DNA of 64,000 nucleotides from Geopsychrobacteraceae bacterium (GTDB lineage: Bacteria > Desulfobacterota > Desulfuromonadia > Desulfuromonadales > Geopsychrobacteraceae), in NCBI GenBank assembly GCA_963662315.1, contig OY759353.1, forward strand, positions 384,001 to 448,000, in the 5' to 3' direction. Of the stretch, positions 49,993-59,707 are shown one piece after another (position 1 is the stretch's first letter; every line of letters begins with the position of its first letter). A program made the position numbers and the translations under genes. Under the pieces are notes generated by a model. That model was given only the letters and a program-made list of their open reading frames with translations, did no database searches and was not told where the DNA came from.

Positions 49993-50988
49993 ATGGGTAC
50001 AGCGGGTAGAATCTCCAAGAAATACAGCCAGGCAGCACGTCTGCACGACCTCATCCGTATCCTGGAGGCGCGTTATGGGGCTACTGTCGAAGACTTAGTT
50101 GAAGAGTGTAAAGTTACCCGACGGACTATTTATCGTGATCTTCAAGCGATTATTGATGCTGGCTACCCATTGGTGAGTGAGCGGCAGGATGACGGTCATG
50201 TTTTGTACGGTTTTGTATCCGGTTACAGTAAAATTCCTCCTATAACATTTACCCTTGAGGAATTGATGACCCTTTACTTCAGCAGGGGGCAGTTGTCATT
50301 CCTTCACGGAACTCCTTTTCAGGAGGATCTTGACGCTATTTTTGGAAAAATTCGCTCAAGCTTGCCTCCCCGCAGTGTGGCTCATCTAGAGCGCATAGCT
50401 GAGGCGTCTTCTCCGCGGTTTCGTGGTTTTAAAGATTACTCAGGTCAGAGCGAGTTATTAAAAGAGTTACGCCAGGCATTGTTGAAACAACTGCGCTGTG
50501 AAATCGTCTATCGTCCCGCCCAGCGAGAACCATCCGTTTATCAGATTGACCCATATACGCTGCTATTTTTTAATAACGGATTATATATTGGTGGCTACGC
50601 ACATAATCGTCAGGGGTTAAGGCTCTTTGCTCTTGAGCGTGTTCATTCTCTTACCGTTTCGAAAGAGCGATTTGAGGTTCCCGATGAATATTCTGCTGAA
50701 CAATTGACTGGTACCGCTTTTGGTTTGATCGATGAGGGGGATGTCTTTGATTTGGAGGTCGAATTCGCTGCTGATATTGCTCACCTGATTGCAGAAAGGA
50801 TCTGGCACCCTGAGCAGCAGCTTGAAATTCTTGAGAATGGGGGAGTGACGTTACGCTTTCAGGCGAGTGGCGATAAGGAAATTCTGGCCTGGTTATATTC
50901 CTTTATTCCTCACGTGAAGGTTTTAAGACCCGATACTCTTAAAAATAGATTTGTCGAAGGTTTGCAGCTGGCGTTGGAACAGCAATAA
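49993..50988 (+). CDS. WYL-domain transcriptional regulator (HTH-WYL-WCX)
   Basis: HTH VTRRTIYRDL; IDPYTL..LYIGGY..RLFALERV; WHPEQQ. Confidence 0.92.
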   Translation: MGTAGRISKKYSQAARLHDLIRILEARYGATVEDLVEECKVTRRTIYRDLQAIIDAGYPLVSERQDDGHVLYGFVSGYSKIPPITFTLEELMTLYFSRGQLSFLHGTPFQEDLDAIFGKIRSSLPPRSVAHLERIAEASSPRFRGFKDYSGQSELLKELRQALLKQLRCEIVYRPAQREPSVYQIDPYTLLFFNNGLYIGGYAHNRQGLRLFALERVHSLTVSKERFEVPDEYSAEQLTGTAFGLIDEGDVFDLEVEFAADIAHLIAERIWHPEQQLEILENGGVTLRFQASGDKEILAWLYSFIPHVKVLRPDTLKNRFVEGLQLALEQQ

Positions 50989-50996
50989 TTGTTATG

Positions 50997-51011
50997 TGAC
51001 ATATTCTGTCA
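50997..51011. promoter_or_regulatory. Palindrome TGACA-N5-TGTCA, candidate WYL-regulator site
   Basis: TGACATATTCTGTCA starting 9 nt after the WYL stop and ending 50 nt before the next ATG. Confidence 0.55.
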
Positions 51012-51060
51012 TGCTGTTGGTTGATAGTGACATTATTCAATCAAAGCAAAGGAGATTGTC

Positions 51061-51438
51061 ATGATCTGGTTTCCGACGTATGAACAAAATTTTGCCCAGA
51101 ATTGCTACTTTGATATACGTGATGCTGAAATTCAGTATCGTCACAAGACGTTTAGCGGTATGGTATCCGGTATTCTGGGAATCGATGAAAAGGAGTTCTG
51201 GGCAGAGATCAGTATCGGGACCGAATGGGCGATTCAAATTTTACCGATCTGGAATGACGATGGGCAGGTTGATAATCTTCCTGAAAGCCTGAATCCGGAT
51301 CTTCTTAAAACGGCTCTTGCTGATGAAGTTAAAAAAGTCTTGCCCGATTTCCGTCCTGTTCGTTATTCGGCGACTCCTCATTATTCCGAACAATTCTCTT
51401 TCCCTTCATTGGTAGTAAGAGAGCAGCACGCAGCTTGA
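51061..51438 (+). CDS. Hypothetical protein (125 aa)
   Basis: SD AAGGAG; no recognisable motif. Confidence 0.72.
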   Translation: MIWFPTYEQNFAQNCYFDIRDAEIQYRHKTFSGMVSGILGIDEKEFWAEISIGTEWAIQILPIWNDDGQVDNLPESLNPDLLKTALADEVKKVLPDFRPVRYSATPHYSEQFSFPSLVVREQHAA

Positions 51439-51488
51439 TTTGTTGACCTTTATTAGGAATTAGACTGGCTGCTGAAAAGAATATTTCT

Positions 51489-52073
51489 ATGAGAATAATT
51501 GTTTTGGCATCCACCAGCCCGTACCGTAAACAGCTGTTGCAACAGTTGCAGCTGCCGTTTGAATCAGCTGCCCCCGATTATGTTGAGGAGATTGATTCTT
51601 CTGTTGCACCTGCACTGTTGGTTCGGCATCTGGCTTTAGGAAAAGCGCAAAGTCTGGTTGAGCAATTTCCCGATGCGCTGATTATCGGATCTGACCAGAT
51701 TTTTGTTGATCAAAGGGAAAGACCGGTTGGAAAGCCTGGTAATATGCAGCGGGCATGTCAGCAACTGCGTGAAATGTCAGGGCGTACCCATACTTTTTAT
51801 ACTGGACTGGCGGTGATTGACAGTCGCAGTGGTGAAGTTCAGGCTGATCACGATAGCTTTTCTGTACAATTGCGCCATCTGAGTGAGGCGCAAATTCATT
51901 CCTATTTGACGCGTGAGCAGCCTTTTGATTGCGCTGGATCATTTAAGGTGGAAGGCCTTGGCATTGCTCTTATGGAACGTATGGAAGGTAACGATTATAA
52001 TACCCTGATTGGTATGCCTCTCATTAAGCTTGTTGCCATGCTAGAGCATTTTAAAGTCCCTGTTTTAGGGTAA
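51489..52073 (+). CDS. maf: Maf family nucleoside triphosphate pyrophosphatase (YceF-like)
   Basis: LASTSPYRKQLL, IIGSDQ, GKPG, DCAGSFKVEGLG. Confidence 0.92.
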   Translation: MRIIVLASTSPYRKQLLQQLQLPFESAAPDYVEEIDSSVAPALLVRHLALGKAQSLVEQFPDALIIGSDQIFVDQRERPVGKPGNMQRACQQLREMSGRTHTFYTGLAVIDSRSGEVQADHDSFSVQLRHLSEAQIHSYLTREQPFDCAGSFKVEGLGIALMERMEGNDYNTLIGMPLIKLVAMLEHFKVPVLG

Positions 52074-52165
52074 CTTATGGGTATTATTGATAACAAAAAA
52101 ATTCTATTTTTTTCTTGATTTTTCGACTGTTTTTTATTAAATTAAACCAAGCTAAGAAATTGGCT

Positions 52166-52246
52166 GATCGAAAAAGGCAAAACCAAAGAAATTTGGTGAC
52201 GCAAAGCCACGGGTCCTCAATCTTAGGATGGCCGGGTTGCCGAACA
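52166..52246 (+). ncRNA. c-di-GMP-I (GEMM-I) riboswitch aptamer 1
   Basis: GGCAAA-ACCAAA-GAAA-TTTGGT-GACGCAAAGC...GCCGGGTTGCCGAA; G at the specificity position (52176). Confidence 0.9.
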
Positions 52247-52277
52247 AATATTAAGTTCTTGAGAGAATGATTTCGAG

Positions 52278-52313
52278 AGCACTTATTTCGGCAACGGAAT
52301 AAGTGCTTTTTTT
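52278..52313 (+). terminator. Expression-platform terminator of riboswitch 1
   Basis: AGCACTTATTTCG-GCAA-CGGAATAAGTGCT plus T-run; TTCGGCAAC is complementary to aptamer GTTGCCGAA. Confidence 0.85.
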
Positions 52314-52369
52314 GTTGGTATTTTTTTGCAGTGGGTCAATGAAAAGCTGCTGCACAAATTAAAACTAGA

Positions 52370-52451
52370 TCTCCGAAAAGGCAAAATCAGAGAAATCTGA
52401 TGACGCAAAGCCACGGGTCCTCAATCTTAGGACAGCCGGGTTGCCGAAGAG
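52370..52451 (+). ncRNA. c-di-GMP-I (GEMM-I) riboswitch aptamer 2
   Basis: GGCAAA-ATCAGA-GAAA-TCTGAT-GACGCAAAGC...GCCGGGTTGCCGAA; compensatory stem changes relative to copy 1; G at the specificity position (52380). Confidence 0.9.
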
Positions 52452-52487
52452 AATGCGCTGCATTTTTTTCTCAACCCCCGTTTCTTT

Positions 52488-52527
52488 AAAATGCGCTCAT
52501 TCCCGGCAGCGGAGTGCGCGCATTTTT
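52488..52527 (+). terminator. Expression-platform terminator of riboswitch 2
   Basis: AAAATGCGCTCATTCC-CGGCAGC-GGAGTGCGCGCATTTTT; 5' arm and loop complementary to the aptamer-2 3' end. Confidence 0.7.
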
Positions 52528-52558
52528 GGTTTCGACCAAAGAAAGGAATGCGGGGGAA

Positions 52559-55500
52559 ATGAAAAGTTATTTTTTGAAAACAAGTTTTCTGTTGGCTCTG
52601 CTAACTGTCCTGTCTGTGATGCCGGCATTTGCCAAGTCTGTAACGTTGTCCTGGGATGCTAGCCCTAGCCAAGTTACAGGCTATAAAGTGTACTATGATA
52701 CCCAGTCAAATGGCATCTTTGAAGGGATCGACGCCATCGAGGGGGATTCCCCGATTGATGTCGGCGCTGTATTGACCTACACGGTTACAGGGCTTGATGA
52801 TGGCGAAGATTACTTTTTTGCTGTTACTGCCTACGACGCTTCCGGTAACGAGAGTACCTACTCAAATATTGTTGCCAGCAGCGCAACGCCATCGACTCCA
52901 GCTGACAATAACGCACCGGTGCTCAGTAATATCGGTGCTAAAGTTATTTCTGAAGGGGCTTCTCTAACCTTCACTGCTTCAGCAACAGATGCTGATGGCG
53001 ATGTCTTGACTTATAGCGCCAGTAATCTTCCGTTCGGTGCAGTCTTCAGTAATGGTTCCTTCAACTGGACCCCTGACTATTTATCCGCCGGTACCTATTC
53101 TGTGATTGTTACTGTCAGTGATGGTACTGACTCTGCGAGCGAAACAGTTTCAATTACTGTTAATGACGTGAATCGTGCTCCAGTACTGGCCAGCATCGGC
53201 AGCAAGTCTGTTGATGAAGGTTCTGCACTGAACTTCTCCGTCAGTGCGACCGATAGCGACAATGATACTCTGATTTTCAGTGCTGAAAACCTGCCGAATG
53301 GTGCACGTTTTGACAGTGCTGCTCGCTATTTCTCATGGATTCCTGGTAGTGACGCAGCAGGCACTTATCAGGTGACTTTCAGGGTCAGTGACGGTAGTGC
53401 AATTGATGCAGAGGTCGTGACTATTGTTGTTGGCAATGTTAACCAGGCTCCTGTTCTGTCAACAATCGGGACTCAATCGGTAGCTGAAGGTTCTTCTTTA
53501 AGCTTCACCCTGAGCGGTAGCGATGCAGATGGCGATGCTCTGACCTATGCCGTTGCTAACTTGCCCGCAGGTGCGACATTCAACCCTTCAACTCAGGTCT
53601 TTAACTGGACTCCTGAGTATGCAGAAACAGAAAATACCCGTATCTATCCGGTTACTTTCACAGTGAGTGACGGCAGCGCGTCTGATAGTGAAACGGTGAC
53701 GATCAATGTGACTAATGTGAACCGAGCTCCAGTGATGGCTGCGATAAGCGCACAGAATCTTCTCGCGAACAACGCCTTCAGCCTCAGCCTCAGTGCTTCG
53801 GACCCGGATAATAACTCATTGAGCTTCAATGTTTCAAATTTACCTTCTGGGGCCACATTCAACGCTGGTTCCGCAGTCTTTAACTGGACCCCGTCAGCAG
53901 AACAGGCCGGTAATTACCAGGTTGTCTTCTCCGTGAGTGACGGCAGCCTCAGTGCTTCTCAAAGCGTTTCCCTGACGGTGACCTTCAGTAACTCTGCTCC
54001 GGTTATTACCGGTACTCCAGACAGCTCGGTCATGGCGACCTATTCCTACGGGTTTACTCCTTTGGCGTCTGATGTCGACGGTGATACGTTGACCTTTTCC
54101 ATCAGTAACAAACCTGCCTGGGCTAGTTTCGATACCAGCACCGGACATTTGTATGGCAGCCCATCTGAAACTCAGACCGGTAGCTTCGGTGGTATTGTGA
54201 TCAGTGTCAGCGATGGAAACCTGACATCTTCGTTGACCGCTTTCTCGATTAATGTCGCGGCCTACATTCCGGTTGATACTGATCAGGACGGTATCCCAGA
54301 CAGTCAGGATGCCTTCCCCAACGACAGTACTGAATGGCAAGATACTGATGGTGATCGGATCGGTAATGTTGCTGATACCGATGATGATAATGATGGTATC
54401 CTTGATCAATATGACAGTGCTCCACTCGATAGCAGCATCAGCGACTGGACGGTTTATGCCGTGGCTGAAGAGGGTGGCTACATTACCCCTGCTGGCGATA
54501 GTTACCATGCATACGGCAGCAACCAGAGCTTCGAGCTGATGCCTCAGGCTGGTTATTACATCAGTAAACTGCTGGTTAACGGTGTATCGGTCGGTGCCGT
54601 AACCTCTTATGATCTTACCGGTATCTCACAAAACTACGAATTGGTCGCTGAATTTGCAGAGATCCCTGTTGGCTTGAGTCTTGATACTATTGTCGAAGGT
54701 CTGCCTGGTGTGGATCGTGTTGATGGTGGCGATGACAGTAATAATTATGTCGACGGCACACCGAAACTTGCTCTCGACTACCAATTCTCCGTCGTCTTCC
54801 GCGCAACCGATATTACTGCCGATACCCGCAATGTTTACCTGGTGCTTGATGGTTATAAATATACCATGAAGCTGAGCAGCGGGACTTTGGCAACTGGTGC
54901 TGAGTATACGGTTATCACACGTCTGGGACCGGCTTATGCTCATAGCTTCTATTTTGTTGCTGAAGATTTGTCCGGAAACACAGTTTCCCGTTATCCGGAG
55001 CAGGACGCTCTAACCGGGCCAGAGGTAGAACTTCTCGACGGGCGTAACGTGGTCGCTATTTCTGCTGATATTGATGCTTATGGCCTCGATTCCCTGGGTG
55101 CTTTTGCCGACAAGCAGGTTCAAACCTACCTGCCGGATCGTGATCAGTACAAACTTGCGGACTCAATTGGCCCGATTACTGTTGGGCAGGGTTATGTCAT
55201 CAAACGAGCCATTAATGCTTCGATTCCAGACTTGCGCGGTTACGGTGACGTTGCTGATGATGTCGTTGAAATCCCGGTTGAAACTGGTTGGAATCTTATT
55301 GGTAACCCGTATGGTGGGCGTGTCAGTCTGGCCGATATCGATGTCCAGGTTGGAAATAATGTGGCCGTCCCCTGGTTGAACGCTGTTGATGATAATATTG
55401 TTGTCGATGGTATCTACTCTTACCTTGGAGAAGATTGGGGCGGGATCAATGAATACGCTACCGCTTCCGGTACAACTCCGGCACAATTGATTCCATGGAT

Positions 55501-55570
55501 TGGCTACTGGGTTTATATAAATCCTGCCGACTCTCCAGTAACGCTGCTGATTCCGAAGCCATTACAGTAG
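52559..55570 (+). CDS. Large secreted/surface protein: FN3, tandem Ig/cadherin-like repeats, TSP3-like Ca-binding repeats
   Basis: Signal peptide; VTLSWD..GYKVYY..FAVTAYD (FN3); five N-x-APV repeats with DxDxDxL; DTDQDGIPDSQDAFPND..DTDDDNDG. Confidence 0.85.
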   Translation: MKSYFLKTSFLLALLTVLSVMPAFAKSVTLSWDASPSQVTGYKVYYDTQSNGIFEGIDAIEGDSPIDVGAVLTYTVTGLDDGEDYFFAVTAYDASGNESTYSNIVASSATPSTPADNNAPVLSNIGAKVISEGASLTFTASATDADGDVLTYSASNLPFGAVFSNGSFNWTPDYLSAGTYSVIVTVSDGTDSASETVSITVNDVNRAPVLASIGSKSVDEGSALNFSVSATDSDNDTLIFSAENLPNGARFDSAARYFSWIPGSDAAGTYQVTFRVSDGSAIDAEVVTIVVGNVNQAPVLSTIGTQSVAEGSSLSFTLSGSDADGDALTYAVANLPAGATFNPSTQVFNWTPEYAETENTRIYPVTFTVSDGSASDSETVTINVTNVNRAPVMAAISAQNLLANNAFSLSLSASDPDNNSLSFNVSNLPSGATFNAGSAVFNWTPSAEQAGNYQVVFSVSDGSLSASQSVSLTVTFSNSAPVITGTPDSSVMATYSYGFTPLASDVDGDTLTFSISNKPAWASFDTSTGHLYGSPSETQTGSFGGIVISVSDGNLTSSLTAFSINVAAYIPVDTDQDGIPDSQDAFPNDSTEWQDTDGDRIGNVADTDDDNDGILDQYDSAPLDSSISDWTVYAVAEEGGYITPAGDSYHAYGSNQSFELMPQAGYYISKLLVNGVSVGAVTSYDLTGISQNYELVAEFAEIPVGLSLDTIVEGLPGVDRVDGGDDSNNYVDGTPKLALDYQFSVVFRATDITADTRNVYLVLDGYKYTMKLSSGTLATGAEYTVITRLGPAYAHSFYFVAEDLSGNTVSRYPEQDALTGPEVELLDGRNVVAISADIDAYGLDSLGAFADKQVQTYLPDRDQYKLADSIGPITVGQGYVIKRAINASIPDLRGYGDVADDVVEIPVETGWNLIGNPYGGRVSLADIDVQVGNNVAVPWLNAVDDNIVVDGIYSYLGEDWGGINEYATASGTTPAQLIPWIGYWVYINPADSPVTLLIPKPLQ

Positions 55571-55581
55571 GCAAAGGAGCG

Positions 55582-56847
55582 ATGAAAATGAAAACGCATG
55601 AACTGATTATTCATATTATGAAAGCGATAGTCCTGGGCCTTCTGATTGCTTCTATGACCGCTTGTAGTGGTGGGGGAGGGAGTAGTTCGGATTCGTCCGA
55701 GTCTACAACTTCGACCGATGTGCCTACCGGTACAGTTCCGGCTGCCGGGTCAAGTATCAGTGGCTTCGTAGCCGATGGGTACCTTGCTGATGCGCGTGTG
55801 TTCCTGGATCGTAATCTTAATCGCAGTTACGATGATGGCGAGCCCATGACGATGAGCGGCAGTGATGGCTCGTATACTTTGACGGTCAATGCCGGAGATG
55901 GTGATATCTACCCAGTTCTTGTCGATGTCATTGCCGGACAGACCATTGACCAGGACAATGGTTTGTTTATTGAAGATAGCTATGTCCTTGAAGCACCTCC
56001 CGGTCATTGGAAGTTTGTTTCGCCGCTAACGACTCTGGTTAACCATGAGCTGGACAAAAACCCGTCATATTCCCTGCAGCAGGCGGTTCTGGCGGTTAAA
56101 TCCTCTATGGGCATAGCTGATGACATTTCCGTTTTTGATAATTATCTTAATGATGTCAGTGCCAGCGTTTCTTCAATGCTGGAGAAGAAACGAACTCATC
56201 GTGTTGCCCAGACTGTTGCCAGACTGATGGGGCTATTGCGCAACGATATTAAAGCAAATATCGGACGCAGCTTAACGAAAGCTGAAACAGAAATATTGTC
56301 CTTCATGATCAGTGACCAAATCAGGCAGTATGCCAGCCTGGTAAAAGCTGCTGTTGAGTCTGAGAGGAATTATGCGACAACGATTAATGTCAGTGATCTG
56401 GTTTCTGATTTGTACAACCGTATCGCTGTAACAACCCTCAATGAACGGTTGATGGCGCTTTATTCCCAGCGCCTTGAGCAAGAAAATGCGGTATGGGATA
56501 TGATTCCGCCCCAGGTGGTCAGTTTTTCTCCTGAGGAAAATGCAGCAAGTTCGATCGAAACAATTGTAACGGTACGCTTTGACGAAACTCTGGATACGGC
56601 TCAGTTTGCAGATAACGTGTTGACCCTTATTGGGCCTAACGGTTCCGTTGCCGGTGAATTTTATTATGATTCTGCCCTGAAACAACTGAGTTTTTCACCG
56701 ACCGAGCCATTGTTGCCTTTCAGTACCTATGAAGTTGTGTTGAAGTCAACATTAACCGATGCTGTTGGCAATGCTCTCGGTGAAGATATCAGCTGGACGT
56801 TTAAGACGATTTTTGATCAGACTCCACCGCCTTTACCGGAATTTTAG
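55582..56847 (+). CDS. Lipoprotein with C-terminal SbsA/Big_5-type Ig-like domain
   Basis: Lipobox-like MTAC followed by SGGGGSS; ADGYL..ARVFLD.N.N; C-terminal PPQVVSFSP..VRFDE..FSPTEPL..TYEV..DAVGN..WTFKT. Confidence 0.8.
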   Translation: MKMKTHELIIHIMKAIVLGLLIASMTACSGGGGSSSDSSESTTSTDVPTGTVPAAGSSISGFVADGYLADARVFLDRNLNRSYDDGEPMTMSGSDGSYTLTVNAGDGDIYPVLVDVIAGQTIDQDNGLFIEDSYVLEAPPGHWKFVSPLTTLVNHELDKNPSYSLQQAVLAVKSSMGIADDISVFDNYLNDVSASVSSMLEKKRTHRVAQTVARLMGLLRNDIKANIGRSLTKAETEILSFMISDQIRQYASLVKAAVESERNYATTINVSDLVSDLYNRIAVTTLNERLMALYSQRLEQENAVWDMIPPQVVSFSPEENAASSIETIVTVRFDETLDTAQFADNVLTLIGPNGSVAGEFYYDSALKQLSFSPTEPLLPFSTYEVVLKSTLTDAVGNALGEDISWTFKTIFDQTPPPLPEF

Positions 56848-56854
56848 AATTGGC

Positions 56855-56899
56855 TAACAAGAAGAGCGGCCTGCTTTTGGTGGACCGCTCTTCTTGTTA
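56855..56899. terminator. Terminator hairpin between convergent genes
   Basis: TAACAAGAAGAGCGG...CCGCTCTTCTTGTTA. Confidence 0.75.
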
Positions 56900-56912
56900 A
56901 TCTGAATAGTGG

Positions 56913-58247
56913 CTAAATTTGTTCATTTTCTGTTTGCTTTTCTTCACGATCATCTCTAAAAAGGCGTCGTTTGATGCGTCTGGTGGTAAACCAGATGACG
57001 ACAATAACAAAGGGGATGGCTGTTGCGAGCAACCTATTTTTGTCTACGCCCAGTTCCTTTAACGGAAGCCCACTGAAAATATAACTCAACAAGCCTACAG
57101 CGTAGTAGCTGATGGCCGCAATAGACAGCCCCTCAACAGTTTCCTGTAAGCGGAACTGTAATTTGCTGCGACGATTCATTGCCGTTAACTGAGAGCGGTT
57201 CTGCTCCTGCAGGACCAGGTTGACCCTGGTTCTCATCAGATCGCTGGCGCGCTCAATCCGGCGTGACAAATCTTCCATCCAGTCTCGAACGGATTCGCAG
57301 GTTCGTATGGCCGGCGTCAGACGCCTTTTAATAAATTCTCCCATGGAGGCGAAGCCCTCCAGTTGCTCTTCTTTAAGGCCATCAAGGCGGTCATTAACCA
57401 ATTGATAATAGGCGCGAGTCGCTGAAAAACGATGGTTTGTTTCGGTTCGGTAACTTTCCAGTTGTGCTTCAATGCTTGACAATGTTTCTAGCAGACTGCG
57501 TTCGCTCTTAGTGGTATCTAGATCGGTTACAACCGATAGTATATCGGCCAGTTGACGGTCCATATCAAGCAGCTGAGGAGCTATTTTTTTGGCAATTGGT
57601 AATGCCATCAGGGTCAGCAAACGATATGTTTCCAAATCGGTCAGGCGGCGGTTTAGTTGCCCGAGTTGGGATATGGTAAGGTTGTCATGACAGACGATGA
57701 AACGTCCGTAGTGATCTCCATGAAGTTTAAACGCTGTATAGACTTGGGCTTTGCCGGAAAATACCTTGCTGGCAATGACCTGATGTCCTTCAAAGTAACG
57801 GCTTAAACTTGTACTGTCGTAACTTAGCTCTCCTGTATCAATAACACAGTGAAAAGCAGTCAGGATCTGACCGGGGAGTTTGCTGACCCAGTCAGCGGGA
57901 AGCAGGTCGATAGCTGTATAGTCAAATGGATCCCCCGGAGAAATAACCGGGTGCATGAAAGTAAAAGAATAAAACTCTGCATGTAGTTCCCAATGAACAG
58001 CGAAGTCGCCAAAGCTTTCATGGTAATTAATACTCTGCTGTGTAGGGATATTGACATCATAGCGGCGGCATAAATCGCACAGTAGTTCGTAAGATTTTAG
58101 CAATTCCTCCCGGTTATTACAGCTTCCGGCAACATGGGTAACCTGTTGTGGGCTGGATAGCAGGTAAAAAGGGCGGATGTGCAGCTCATTGTAAAGCTCT
58201 TCCCTTAATGGGTGAAGAGTGTATTCAATTGGCCTGTTTCGTGCCAT
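56913..58247 (-). CDS. DUF3422 family membrane-anchored protein
   Basis: HPLREELYNELH.RPF, WE.H.EF, ETYR..LMALP, RFSATRAY, QFRLQETVEGLSIAAISYY; two C-terminal TMs. Confidence 0.85.
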   Translation of the reverse strand: MARNRPIEYTLHPLREELYNELHIRPFYLLSSPQQVTHVAGSCNNREELLKSYELLCDLCRRYDVNIPTQQSINYHESFGDFAVHWELHAEFYSFTFMHPVISPGDPFDYTAIDLLPADWVSKLPGQILTAFHCVIDTGELSYDSTSLSRYFEGHQVIASKVFSGKAQVYTAFKLHGDHYGRFIVCHDNLTISQLGQLNRRLTDLETYRLLTLMALPIAKKIAPQLLDMDRQLADILSVVTDLDTTKSERSLLETLSSIEAQLESYRTETNHRFSATRAYYQLVNDRLDGLKEEQLEGFASMGEFIKRRLTPAIRTCESVRDWMEDLSRRIERASDLMRTRVNLVLQEQNRSQLTAMNRRSKLQFRLQETVEGLSIAAISYYAVGLLSYIFSGLPLKELGVDKNRLLATAIPFVIVVIWFTTRRIKRRLFRDDREEKQTENEQI

Positions 58248-58387
58248 TTTTGATTTTCCTTGTTTCTGACCATGATTGGGTTTTTATCATCGTTAATTAT
58301 CATGTTGTTTAGTGGACGGTTAAAAACGTTCATGTTTTCAAGGTCAATTTTGCCAGTTGACGTCTTGTCGCCGCTGGTTGAAACAAA

Positions 58388-59425
58388 TTATGAAAAGGTC
58401 TTATTTTCCTGCTCCTGAACACGTATGAAAGTGGTGCGCTTGGTTAGCTCTTTCAATGCTGATGCACCGACATAAGTGCAGGTCGAACGGATGCCACCAA
58501 GAATGTCCTTAACCGTTTCGGCAACTTTTCCACGGTAAGGAACCTCGACAGTCTTCCCTTCAGATGCGCGGTATTCAGCAACACCACCAGCGTGTTTGCC
58601 CATAGCGGTAGCCGAACTCATGCCGTAGAACAATTTGAATTGTTGACCGTTCCGCTCTATCAGTTGGCCGCCACTTTCGTCATGACCAGCCAGCATACCG
58701 CCAAGCATGACGAAATCGGCCCCGCCACCAAAGGCTTTCGATACATCTCCGGGTACGACACACCCACCATCGGAAATGATTCTTCCCCCTAGACCATGAG
58801 CAGCATCGGCACATTCGATAACGGCAGACAGTTGCGGATAGCCAACCCCGGTTTTTACCCTGGTGGTACAGACCGATCCTGGCCCGATCCCAACTTTGAC
58901 AATATCGGCACCTGCAAGAATGAGCTCTTCAACCATTTCTCCGGTAACGACATTACCGGCAACGATTGTCTGAGTCGGAAATGTGTTACGACAACGTTGC
59001 ACAAATTCGACAAAAGCTTCTGCATAACCGTTGGCGACATCGATGCAGATGAATTCTAGCTGAGGGTGGGCGCTGATAATCTGTTTAAGCAGCTCGAAAT
59101 CGGCCTCTGCGGTACCGGTACTTGCCATGATATGTTTGAAAATGAGTGGATCTCGATCCATCAAAAACTGCTGCCACTGCTCAATGGAATAATGTTTGTG
59201 AATAGCGGTCAGTAGTCCGAATTCAGCAAGAACTTCTGCGAGCTCAAAAGTGCCTACTGTATCCATATTTGCTGCGATAATCGGCACGCCGGTCCAGGTT
59301 CGTTGACTGTGCAGAAAACTGAATGACCGGTCTAGATTGACCTGGGCCCGACTTTTCAACGTGGAACGTTTTGGCCGAATCAGAACATCTTTAAAGCCTA
59401 ATTTAAGATCTGCTTCTATCCTCAT
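58388..59425 (-). CDS. guaC: GMP reductase
   Basis: [51 protein letters not shown]. Confidence 0.95.
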   Translation of the reverse strand: MRIEADLKLGFKDVLIRPKRSTLKSRAQVNLDRSFSFLHSQRTWTGVPIIAANMDTVGTFELAEVLAEFGLLTAIHKHYSIEQWQQFLMDRDPLIFKHIMASTGTAEADFELLKQIISAHPQLEFICIDVANGYAEAFVEFVQRCRNTFPTQTIVAGNVVTGEMVEELILAGADIVKVGIGPGSVCTTRVKTGVGYPQLSAVIECADAAHGLGGRIISDGGCVVPGDVSKAFGGGADFVMLGGMLAGHDESGGQLIERNGQQFKLFYGMSSATAMGKHAGGVAEYRASEGKTVEVPYRGKVAETVKDILGGIRSTCTYVGASALKELTKRTTFIRVQEQENKTFS

Positions 59426-59707
59426 CGTCATCTCCGTACAAATGTTTATTAACAAAGAGAGCGGTTTTTCCGCAGTTTGTGATGCGTTAATTATTCTGGC
59501 TTACGATTGTGTTCATAATATTAACTGATTTTGTCAAAATAGACAGCATAGACATTTCTTGACCATAGAGATGTCTCAATGCTAGTCTAGAATGATTGTC
59601 GGAAACTGCTCATGAAATGCCATTGGAGACTTGCGCTCCGTCTAATGTTATGTTTTTATCTATTCGAAATTACTCGTTAAAATATTATTACAAGGATCGT
59701 CCTCTCT

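Noticed and set aside
49993..52073. WYL gene as marker of a phage-defence island
   Set aside because: No recognisable defence genes (RM, CBASS, BREX, Cas) or mobility genes flank it; kept only as a regulator-target candidate
52166..52451. cGAMP-sensing (GEMM-Ib) riboswitches as in Geobacter
   Set aside because: Both aptamers have G, not A, at the specificity position (GGCAAA), which indicates c-di-GMP
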